Shown here: one piece after another, positions 26,301-34,610 of the stretch
How the letters are laid out: the number at the start of each line of letters is the position of its first letter
Numbering within the stretch: the stretch's first letter is position 1
NCBI GenBank assembly: GCA_964421215.1
Contig: CAYQWA010000014.1
Span: forward strand, 29,270 to 93,269
DNA length: 64,000 nt
DNA from: an uncultured Bacteroidales bacterium
Lineage (GTDB): Bacteria; Bacteroidota; Bacteroidia; Bacteroidales; JAADJA01
Direction of reading: 5' to 3'
Made by a program: the position numbers and the translations under genes
Notes under the pieces: model-generated
The model's input: the letters and a program-made list of their open reading frames with translations, nothing else
Told to the model about the DNA's origin: nothing
Databases searched by the model: none

Positions 26301-26316
26301 TGTTTCACGTGAAACA
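26301..26316. repeat. 16-bp perfect palindrome TGTTTCACGTGAAACA (copy 2)
   Basis: Identical to copy 1. It lies 4 nt after the mnmG stop and 9 nt before the methyltransferase start. Confidence 0.9.
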
Positions 26317-26325
26317 TTCAATTCA

Positions 26326-27213
26326 ATGGAAAAAATAACATCTTGCCCTTTGTGCGATTCTCAAGGCTTTGTTCCTTTTGTTGAAACCAGGGACCATTTT
26401 TTAACCGGAGAACCTTTTACAATTTCCGAATGTACAAATTGCAAATTCCTTTTTACGAATCCCCGGCCGGAGGAATCCAAAAGTGCTCAATATTATAAAT
26501 CGGAAGAATACATTTCACATTCGAATACGGATCAGGGAATTATCAGCAGAATATATAAACTGGTTCGTAATTATTCCTTATCAAAAAAAGTAAGGCTTAT
26601 AAAGAAGTTTGTAAGGGGAGGATCTGCCCTCGATATTGGCTGCGGTACGGGTCATTTTCTTTCCGTATTGGCAAAAAACGGTTTTGAGGTTACCGGTGTT
26701 GAACCTGGAGATCAAGCCAGGAATTCTGTCAGAGCTCAATTCGGTATAGATGTTTACAATTCCCTGGAGCCACTAAAGAGTTCTGATAAAAAATTTGAAG
26801 TAATTACATTGTGGCATGTGCTTGAGCACATTTACCCCTTAAAAGAGAATGTTAGGCAAATTTCCGGCATGCTCTCTGAAAATGGCATTTTAGTTGTAGC
26901 AGTTCCAAATCCAGAATCTTATGATGCAAAACATTATAATGAATTTTGGGCGGCATATGATTTGCCCCGGCATTTGTATCATTTTAAAAAATCGGACATA
27001 AAGAAACTATTTTTAGATCTCAATTTCGATCTGCTGAAAACATTTCCCATGAAATTTGATTCCTATTATGTGAGTCTGTTAAGCGAAAAATACAAATCTG
27101 GAAAGAACAATTACATGAAGGCATTTTTTACGGGTTTGAAATCAAATTGGATCGCGAGCTCAAAAAATAATTATTCGAGTTTGATCTATGTCCTGAAGTT
27201 AAAAAATAGCTAA
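26326..27213 (+). CDS. Class I SAM-dependent methyltransferase with N-terminal Cys4 zinc-ribbon
   Basis: 295-aa ORF. It has CPLCDS...CTNCKF, then SAM motif I (ALDIGCGTGHF). Confidence 0.7.
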   Translation: MEKITSCPLCDSQGFVPFVETRDHFLTGEPFTISECTNCKFLFTNPRPEESKSAQYYKSEEYISHSNTDQGIISRIYKLVRNYSLSKKVRLIKKFVRGGSALDIGCGTGHFLSVLAKNGFEVTGVEPGDQARNSVRAQFGIDVYNSLEPLKSSDKKFEVITLWHVLEHIYPLKENVRQISGMLSENGILVVAVPNPESYDAKHYNEFWAAYDLPRHLYHFKKSDIKKLFLDLNFDLLKTFPMKFDSYYVSLLSEKYKSGKNNYMKAFFTGLKSNWIASSKNNYSSLIYVLKLKNS

Positions 27214-27342
27214 TTTTAAGGGCTGTATCAAACGATTGCCATATATCAATACATCTGTTGTAACAGGCCTTAAAACGCCGGCAGAAAGCTTTAATTTAAG
27301 TCGTTTTTATTATTTAATATTCAGGCACTTAATCGCACAAAA

Positions 27343-30300
27343 ATGGATAACAGGTTGTTAATCAAAAGGAAAGCTGTTTTTTTACTTTTTTTGGCCCTTC
27401 TGGTTACTTTACTTGCTTTTTTGTTCACAAACTTTCATTCCAACCTGATTTCCGATAAAAACCTTGTTCAAAGATTTCAGTCAGACTTGATCGACGAAGA
27501 AAAAAAAATGGATGAGGTACTGCAAAAAACCAGTGCGCTTTTTTCAGGTTCAGATTCTACCCTGAGTTTTGAAGAATTATCAAATTATGTCAAAAATTCG
27601 GATTCAGATCACTTTACAATTTGTATTTATAAATCTGACAGTTTGATCTTCTGGTCGGATAATAATGTTAAGCTTCATGTTCTTGAGCTGGACAGTGTTT
27701 TCAATAATAATTTCAGAAAAATATACAACGGGTGGTATGACCTCAGAAAATCAGAGGTTAAGGATTTTCTGCTAATTGGATTGATAAAAATTAAAAATGC
27801 ATATTCATATGAAAATGATTACCTGAATAATGAGTTTGCATCTTTTGTTCACCTGCAGGATGAAATAGAAATTGTTCCAGGTCAATCAGAAAACGAGATT
27901 TATAATTCAGAGGGTGATCTGTTGTTCAGCCTTGATACCACAGCCCTTGACAGTCTCCCTTCTGGGACCAGGATATTTCTTGCACTTGCATTTATTCTTG
28001 CATTTGTTCTGTTGATTGCTTCATTGTATCACTGGTATGTATTATTAAATGGGTTTTTCCGATACAAATCTTTTCTCTTTATTTGTTTTGTTATTGATGT
28101 CCTGATCATCCGTGTCCTTATTCTCTATTTTGAATTTCCTTCCTTTGTTCATAGCAGTCCTTTGTTTGATCCTGAGTATTATGCCAGTTCCATGTTTTCT
28201 GCTTCTTTGGGCGACATGCTATTGAACCTGTTTAGTTTGCTGGCGATTTCTTATGCTTCCTTTCATTATTTCAACTTCAATAAGATCTCAGTTTCACGTT
28301 CACAAACGAAAAAATCAATTTTCTCCTTCCTTCTGCTTTTTGCCATTTATTTTGCTTTTCATATACTGTATTTAACCTTTGACGGGCTTGTTTATAATTC
28401 TACAATTTCCTTTGATTTAGCAAATATTACAAGCATCACTTTTTTTAGCATTCTGGGTTTTTTATGTTTTGGCCTGCTTATCTTTTCCTTTTTCCTGCTA
28501 ACGTTTAAACCAATTCTTTTTGTTGTAAGAACCTTCTCTAACAAGTATTTGTTGATACTGATATTGTTTGTGTTCCTTGTTTTCTCTTTTATTCTGTACA
28601 ATAATTATTATAATTCAGGGGGATACCATAATGTGTTCCTTTTTGCTTATTTTCTAGCTTTTGTTTACATCGATCGTTTTAGTCATCAGAACATACGGTT
28701 TTCAACCACCCTGGCTATAATTTTGCTTTTTTCCATGTTTACTACTTTTTCGCTGGATATGAGTGTTGCAAATAAAGAAAAGGCGAATCGATTGGTAATG
28801 GCTCAAAATCTGGCTGGCAGGGAAGACCCGGTGTTGGAATATAATTTTCAGAACATCAGTGAAGACATTCAGTCTGACACAACATTTAACACTTTGTTAA
28901 AAGCCTATCCTTTTGAAGAGTATGAAGATCTGGAAAATGTAACCAGTTACCTGCATCGAAATTATTTCACCTCTTACTTCTCGAAATACGATGTATTATT
29001 GACTTTATGTGACTCCACAAGGGTCCTGGACATTCAACCCGATGACATCATTGTGAATTGCTTTGATTTCTTTTATTCGGATATTACAGAGTATGGAGAA
29101 AAGACCGATACTGATAATCTTTATTTCATTGACTACGATTATTTGGAAGACAATTATTTAGGAATTATTGAACTCCAATGTGACTTTGCTCCCGTAAATT
29201 TATTTGTGGAAATTTTCAGCAAAAATATACCTAAGGGATTAGGTTATCCGGAATTGCTTCGCGACAGTGAAGAGGAGTCGGAAATAAAATGGTCCGACTA
29301 TTCCTACGCAAGGTACGAAAAAGGAACTTTGATTTCCCGGTTCGGCCGTTTCTTTTTTGCTACAAAGCTTGGTCATTATAACCTGGAAAGTGTAAATGTT
29401 CATTATTTTGACAGGGACGGATACAGCCACCTTTTTTATCCGGAGGATGAGAACAATGTTGTGATAATAAGTATTAAAACACCCGGATTTATTGATTTTG
29501 CTGCTCCATTCTCATACATCTCCATATTTTATGGACTGCTTGCTTTTCTGCTGTTTATAATTCTAAAAAGTCCGGTTGAAATAAAGTTCAGCCAATTCGG
29601 ATTTAAAAAACGCCTTCAATTATCGGTCACGGCTTTGATCGTGGTTTCCTTTTTATTTGTTGGCGCTGGTTCCCTTTATTATCTGGTTACCATCAACAAC
29701 AATAAAAACCTTTCCATTCTTAGTGAAAAATCACACAGTGTCCTGATCGAAATGGAACATAAGCTGGCCAGTGAGGAGAACCTACCCAGGGAAATGGAAA
29801 GCTATCTGTCTAATCTTCTGTACAAGTTTTCGCTGGTGTTTTTCTCCGATATAAACCTGTATGCGTTGGACGGAAGATTACTTGCCACTTCAAGGCCGGA
29901 AGTATTTAATAAAGGCTTGAAATCGGAGATGATAAACTCCACTGCTTTTGTAAATATACAGGGATATAAAAAATCGCTGTTTATTCAGGAAGAGAAAATC
30001 GGCGAATATTCCTACCTTTCTGCCTACCTGCCATTCCGGAACGACGACAATAAACTTATTGCCTATTTGAATCTTCCATACTTTGCTAAGCAGGATGAGT
30101 TAACCAATGAGATTTCAACCTTCCTGGTTGCCTTTGTCAATGTTTATGTGATCCTGATTGCCTTTTCCATATACATTGCACTCATTATTTCTAATTATAT
30201 TACAAAACCGGTGGAACTTATCAAGCAAAAGATCAGCAAATTAAAGCTGGGTAAAATTGACCAGAAAATTGAATGGAAGCGTCAGGATGAGATCGGCAGC

Positions 30301-31047
30301 CTTGTCGCTGAATACAACCGTAAGGTAGAAGAATTGGCTCAAAGTGCAGAGTTGCTGGCTAAATCGGAAAGGGAAAGTGCATGGCGGGAAATGGCCAAAC
30401 AGATTGCCCATGAAATTAAAAATCCGTTGACTCCCATGAAACTGAGTGTTCAATACCTCCAAAAAGCATGGGACGAAAAAACACCAGACTGGGAAGAACG
30501 GCTACAACGATTTACTAATACCATCATCGAACAAATCGACTCGCTTTCCATTATTGCCAGTGAGTTTTCAGATTTCGCTAAAATGCCGCGGACAAGACTG
30601 GCTGTGATTGAACTTTCAGAGATCATTTCCAATTCCATTGGTATTTTTAAAGAAGCGACGAAAATAGAATTCGAATTTAAGGTTACCTCCAACCATTATG
30701 TTTTTGCTGATAAGGAACAGCTCCTGCGGGTGTTTAATAATTTGATAAAAAATTCCATCCAGGCAATTCCTGAACCCGGAAGCGGTATTATTGCAATAGA
30801 CCTTAAAACAGTAGAGGATAATCATATTGTTCAGGTTACCGATAACGGAAAGGGAATTCCTGAAGACCAGAAGTCAAAGGTATTTTATCCGAATTTCACA
30901 ACTAAATCCGGTGGGATGGGACTTGGCTTGGCTTTGGTGAAAAACATTATCGAAAACTCCAACGGTTCCATCTCCTTTGAATCGGAGGAAGAAAAAGGTA
31001 CAACATTTATCATCACATTACCTCTTGCCGAAGTTTCTGAATTATAG
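27343..31047 (+). CDS. Large multi-pass membrane sensor histidine kinase (NtrY-like H box); no adjacent response regulator
   Basis: 1234-aa ORF. After a ~200-aa N-terminal region there are about 8 hydrophobic helices, then a second extracytoplasmic region, then further TM segments. H box AHEIKNPLTPMKLSVQYLQKAW, N box NLIKNSIQA, G1 DNGKGIP, G2 GGMGLGLALV. Confidence 0.85.
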   Translation: MDNRLLIKRKAVFLLFLALLVTLLAFLFTNFHSNLISDKNLVQRFQSDLIDEEKKMDEVLQKTSALFSGSDSTLSFEELSNYVKNSDSDHFTICIYKSDSLIFWSDNNVKLHVLELDSVFNNNFRKIYNGWYDLRKSEVKDFLLIGLIKIKNAYSYENDYLNNEFASFVHLQDEIEIVPGQSENEIYNSEGDLLFSLDTTALDSLPSGTRIFLALAFILAFVLLIASLYHWYVLLNGFFRYKSFLFICFVIDVLIIRVLILYFEFPSFVHSSPLFDPEYYASSMFSASLGDMLLNLFSLLAISYASFHYFNFNKISVSRSQTKKSIFSFLLLFAIYFAFHILYLTFDGLVYNSTISFDLANITSITFFSILGFLCFGLLIFSFFLLTFKPILFVVRTFSNKYLLILILFVFLVFSFILYNNYYNSGGYHNVFLFAYFLAFVYIDRFSHQNIRFSTTLAIILLFSMFTTFSLDMSVANKEKANRLVMAQNLAGREDPVLEYNFQNISEDIQSDTTFNTLLKAYPFEEYEDLENVTSYLHRNYFTSYFSKYDVLLTLCDSTRVLDIQPDDIIVNCFDFFYSDITEYGEKTDTDNLYFIDYDYLEDNYLGIIELQCDFAPVNLFVEIFSKNIPKGLGYPELLRDSEEESEIKWSDYSYARYEKGTLISRFGRFFFATKLGHYNLESVNVHYFDRDGYSHLFYPEDENNVVIISIKTPGFIDFAAPFSYISIFYGLLAFLLFIILKSPVEIKFSQFGFKKRLQLSVTALIVVSFLFVGAGSLYYLVTINNNKNLSILSEKSHSVLIEMEHKLASEENLPREMESYLSNLLYKFSLVFFSDINLYALDGRLLATSRPEVFNKGLKSEMINSTAFVNIQGYKKSLFIQEEKIGEYSYLSAYLPFRNDDNKLIAYLNLPYFAKQDELTNEISTFLVAFVNVYVILIAFSIYIALIISNYITKPVELIKQKISKLKLGKIDQKIEWKRQDEIGSLVAEYNRKVEELAQSAELLAKSERESAWREMAKQIAHEIKNPLTPMKLSVQYLQKAWDEKTPDWEERLQRFTNTIIEQIDSLSIIASEFSDFAKMPRTRLAVIELSEIISNSIGIFKEATKIEFEFKVTSNHYVFADKEQLLRVFNNLIKNSIQAIPEPGSGIIAIDLKTVEDNHIVQVTDNGKGIPEDQKSKVFYPNFTTKSGGMGLGLALVKNIIENSNGSISFESEEEKGTTFIITLPLAEVSEL

Positions 31048-31052
31048 TATTA

Positions 31053-32849
31053 TCAAATGGTAATTCCCATTTCCCGCATTAAAATGGTGGCATTCATGTT
31101 TTTTGATACGCCTTCCCTGAGCAGGTAGTCAAAGTTAAGCTGATTTCCTTCAATGTCCACTTCAAAACAATGGTTTCTAAGGCTATCGGGGAATTTTTCT
31201 GCGAGTTTACCCAGTAAAACATCATGTGTAGCTACGATGCCGCTTGCTTTAAATGTGATCAGCTGTTTAAGCAATGCTTCTGAACCTGAATGTTTATCCT
31301 TTGAATTGGTTCCTTTCAGGATCTCATCAAGAATAATGAACAGCTTTTCACCATTACGAAGAGCGTCAATTATTGCTTTTAACCGCTTTAACTCAGCATA
31401 AAAGTAAGATTCGTTTTCCACAAGGGAATCCTTGGTGCGGATACTTGTAAAAATTGTAACCGGCTTAAATGCAAACGACTTCGCACAAACCACCGAACCG
31501 CACATGGCTAATATCATATTTACACCAATGGTTCTTAGGTAGGTACTTTTCCCTGCCATATTTGCCCCGGTGATGATGATAATCTCACCCTCTTTAAGAA
31601 GGATATCATTATCTACTCTGGTTGCCCGATTGATTAGAGGATGCCCTGTTTGTTCTGCCTTTATTTCATGTTCCGAAATTAGAAGTTCAGGGAAAACGGC
31701 ATCTTCCTGATTAAACTTAAAGTTTGCAAAACTGCACAAGGCATCAACTTCTGAAACTACATTGAACCAGTTAAAAACATCATCTTTGTGTTTTTTTTGC
31801 CAGGCTTCCAGCCGGATCATTTGCAAGATATCCCAAAGCAGAAGACCGTTTAACAATGTCCATGAAACGAAGTTCAGGCGGTTATCCAGCGCTGTTAATA
31901 TAGCGGATAAAGCTTTTATACTTGAGCCGGCAGATTGATTTATGCCATATACTTCTTTTTTCAATTTCTGCAACTTTGAGGAAGAAGGTTCAAAGCTTTC
32001 AATTTCTTTGAGCAGCATGGCATACTTGGTAAGCATATCGGAAGTATGTCCCACTTCACGGTGCTTTCTGCTGATTCGAATGGCAAACATCCCGGAGATG
32101 GTCCAGGGAATCATAAGGTACAAAATCAACATCTGGAAGGTTATATTTCCAAAAACATTCAAAACGATCATAAAAACTGTGACAGGGGGGATCAGGAAAA
32201 CCAGTAACCTGAAAATAAAATTTGCAAACTGGGGTTCGCTGACTGTCCAATCTTCTATTTTTTTGCGGTCATCAGGCCCTTCTTTAAAAGCAACACCAAT
32301 GGCCTGAAATTTTTGCCTCCATTCCAGTTTTTCACAAAGTTCTGCAATGGTTTGCTGGTTATCCAGGATCTCTTCTGTTTTATTTGAAGGATTTGACAAC
32401 TTTGATGAAAGCTTTTTATACCCTGTTTCTGTGCAGGCTCTGTTGAGGAATTGAAAGATAGAACCGTGTCCGAAAATATCGAGATCGGAGGTATACCTGT
32501 GGGTTGGATCTTCAAACTCCTCTCCGTTACGGAAACTTGAAAAAGTCCCTGATACAGCCTCGAGTTCTTCTTTGTTAATTTTAAGGTAGGCCTTGTGAAG
32601 GTTTCGTTGTAAAATAGCTTTGGAATGAATCCGGATAAGCAGTAGGAAAATAGCAATTGAAATAAAAAGACTGATGGCTATTCCGGGAACAAAATTCTTT
32701 TGAGCAAAGTAATAAACTGCCACAAAGGCCAGGATAAAATCAAGTAATCTTAATAACGAGATGTTTCGTATAAACCGTTCTGATTTACGTAATTTCTCTT
32801 TAAAATCAGATACTCTCGAGGTATAGAGTTCCTTTAAATGTTCTGCCAT
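31053..32849 (-). CDS. MutS-related ATPase (MutS domain V only) with N-terminal transmembrane helices
   Basis: 598-aa ORF. Walker A ITGANMAGKSTYLRTIG; Walker B and downstream FIILDEILKGTNSKDKHSGS. N-terminal hydrophobic segments are LLDFILAFVAVYYF and GIAISLFISIAIFLLLI. I recognise no mismatch-binding or Smr domain. Confidence 0.7.
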   Translation of the reverse strand: MAEHLKELYTSRVSDFKEKLRKSERFIRNISLLRLLDFILAFVAVYYFAQKNFVPGIAISLFISIAIFLLLIRIHSKAILQRNLHKAYLKINKEELEAVSGTFSSFRNGEEFEDPTHRYTSDLDIFGHGSIFQFLNRACTETGYKKLSSKLSNPSNKTEEILDNQQTIAELCEKLEWRQKFQAIGVAFKEGPDDRKKIEDWTVSEPQFANFIFRLLVFLIPPVTVFMIVLNVFGNITFQMLILYLMIPWTISGMFAIRISRKHREVGHTSDMLTKYAMLLKEIESFEPSSSKLQKLKKEVYGINQSAGSSIKALSAILTALDNRLNFVSWTLLNGLLLWDILQMIRLEAWQKKHKDDVFNWFNVVSEVDALCSFANFKFNQEDAVFPELLISEHEIKAEQTGHPLINRATRVDNDILLKEGEIIIITGANMAGKSTYLRTIGVNMILAMCGSVVCAKSFAFKPVTIFTSIRTKDSLVENESYFYAELKRLKAIIDALRNGEKLFIILDEILKGTNSKDKHSGSEALLKQLITFKASGIVATHDVLLGKLAEKFPDSLRNHCFEVDIEGNQLNFDYLLREGVSKNMNATILMREMGITI

Positions 32850-32914
32850 AAAATTTAAATGTTCGGGGCATAAAAGTATAAATTCTGGAAAGATAAATTG
32901 TCACGTGAGGACAT

Positions 32915-32945
32915 AAAAAAACGGATTCCGCGATTGCGGACCCCG
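32915..32945 (-). terminator. Rho-independent terminator of the 32977..33879 gene
   Basis: Minus strand: CGGggTCCGC-aatc-GCGGAatCCG followed directly by TTTTTTT. Confidence 0.6.
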
Positions 32946-32976
32946 CCAAACCCAAAAGAATCGAATTATGAAAAAA

Positions 32977-33879
32977 TTAATCAACTATTAATTTATATGG
33001 AGGATAGTTGTTATCACTATTAGTTAAAAAAATAAAATGTATTCCTCTATCGACCTTGTGCAAATATAATACATTTTTATAAAATCCTAACTTTTTTTCA
33101 AATATTTTTGCGCCTAGTGAATTGATGATCTTCACTTCACCCTCAAAGTCAGTAATATCATTGCTTTCGAAATCAATGTGCAAAATATTTTGCGCTGGAT
33201 TCGGGTAAATTTTAACGACCGAAAACTCATTTTCTGCCATTGAAACAAGCTGGTTAAAATGACAGGTGCTGTATTCAGGATCCTGGTAAACCAGGGTTCC
33301 TCCTTCTTCATAACACAGCGCTGAATAACTGCCACAAGCCCCGCCGCCATACGAATTATTGCCGCTGTTTAAAATACCGTACCAGCTGCCTAATCCTTCA
33401 ACCCAAATTTCCTCTTTGTCGTTTTTGTATTCGTAGAGAGTTATTTGTTTTCTATATCCATCAAGTAAAAGAACGGAGTCGACACTTGTAACTAAATAAT
33501 ACAATGTGTCTGAATTTAAGTACAGGTTTCTTGCTTCTATGGAGTCACCCACAGACACACCAAAATCGTAAACTTTTCCTTCGATATAGTCGGGGGGTAA
33601 TGTAAAAACTTCTCCATTTTCATTTTCCCTGATAAATCCCCAACTGTACCAATTGTCCAGCGACTCTTCAGTGCATTGCCACATTTTTTTATAAGTCAGA
33701 TCGTTAATTACCGTATCTCCGTCGAATTTCATGTGGTAGGTTGAATAATTGTTGCCCGTTGGCATACAATGTACTTCAAGCGTACTCCACAGTCCATCTT
33801 CATTAACAATGTAATTTTGAGCCTGACTATATACAAATATCGTGAAGCAAAAAAATAAGATAGAAAAAAAGAACCTCAT
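32977..33879 (-). CDS. Secreted protein of unknown function with T9SS CTD
   Basis: 300-aa ORF with a signal peptide (MRFFFSILFFCFTIFVYSQA). The C-terminus VKIYPNPAQNILHIDF...GIHFIFL...YKLIVD is a T9SS CTD. Confidence 0.75.
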   Translation of the reverse strand: MRFFFSILFFCFTIFVYSQAQNYIVNEDGLWSTLEVHCMPTGNNYSTYHMKFDGDTVINDLTYKKMWQCTEESLDNWYSWGFIRENENGEVFTLPPDYIEGKVYDFGVSVGDSIEARNLYLNSDTLYYLVTSVDSVLLLDGYRKQITLYEYKNDKEEIWVEGLGSWYGILNSGNNSYGGGACGSYSALCYEEGGTLVYQDPEYSTCHFNQLVSMAENEFSVVKIYPNPAQNILHIDFESNDITDFEGEVKIINSLGAKIFEKKLGFYKNVLYLHKVDRGIHFIFLTNSDNNYPPYKLIVD

Positions 33880-33985
33880 GAATCAAACCTGATGTGTGTT
33901 TAAACAAAAGTATTTTAAATAGGTTACAAGAAATTAAAAAAAAATTGATTTAACAATATTTTAACAAGGGCAAAAATGGTTTGAA

Positions 33986-34450
33986 TTACCAGTTTTCATA
34001 GGGGTTTTCAATCAAATTTGCATTGTAATATTTTATATCCCCGGTAACTTCCTTTCCAATCCAATCGGGAAGTTTAAATTCGTAATTCTCATCAGGAAGT
34101 TCAACCTCTGCTATAACCAGCCCTTTATTTTTATCAAAAAACTCATCCACTTCCCACACAAGCTCATCAATTTCAATCCTATATCTGTTTTTTCTGATGA
34201 TTGGTTTTATGCACAGTTCATTTACAATAACCTTTGCGTCCTCAACAGGAATTGAATATTCAAATTCTGGTCGGGTTATTCCGTTGCTTTTTCCCTTGAT
34301 CGTTATTTTCGCCGAATCTCCACTAATCCTTACTCTTACAACTCTTTCCATGTCCACACTGAGGAAGCCCTGGTAGATCATCGTAACTTCAGCATTATTT
34401 CTATAACCATCACCAGTAACAAGGAATTTGCGTTCTATTTCTACAGGCAT
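33986..34450 (-). CDS. CYTH-domain protein (triphosphate tunnel metalloenzyme / class IV adenylate cyclase-like)
   Basis: 154-aa ORF that starts MPVEIERKFLV, carrying the EXEXK signature of CYTH domains. Confidence 0.75.
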   Translation of the reverse strand: MPVEIERKFLVTGDGYRNNAEVTMIYQGFLSVDMERVVRVRISGDSAKITIKGKSNGITRPEFEYSIPVEDAKVIVNELCIKPIIRKNRYRIEIDELVWEVDEFFDKNKGLVIAEVELPDENYEFKLPDWIGKEVTGDIKYYNANLIENPYENW

Positions 34451-34552
34451 CGTTATTTTTCTTTGGGGCGAATTTACATTAATTATGCAATTCTTTATTT
34501 AATGATATGAATATCAATGCTAAGTTATTGAAAATCCTGGCCAAGGTCAAGC

Positions 34553-34590
34553 ACAAAAAAAAGAGCGGCTTGATGACACAGACCACTCTT
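34553..34590 (-). terminator. Rho-independent terminator of the C25 protease gene
   Basis: Minus strand: AAGAGTGG-(14 nt)-CCGCTCTT followed by TTTTTTTT, about 20 nt after the stop. Confidence 0.7.
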
Positions 34591-34610
34591 TATCTTTATA
34601 TAGAACTATA

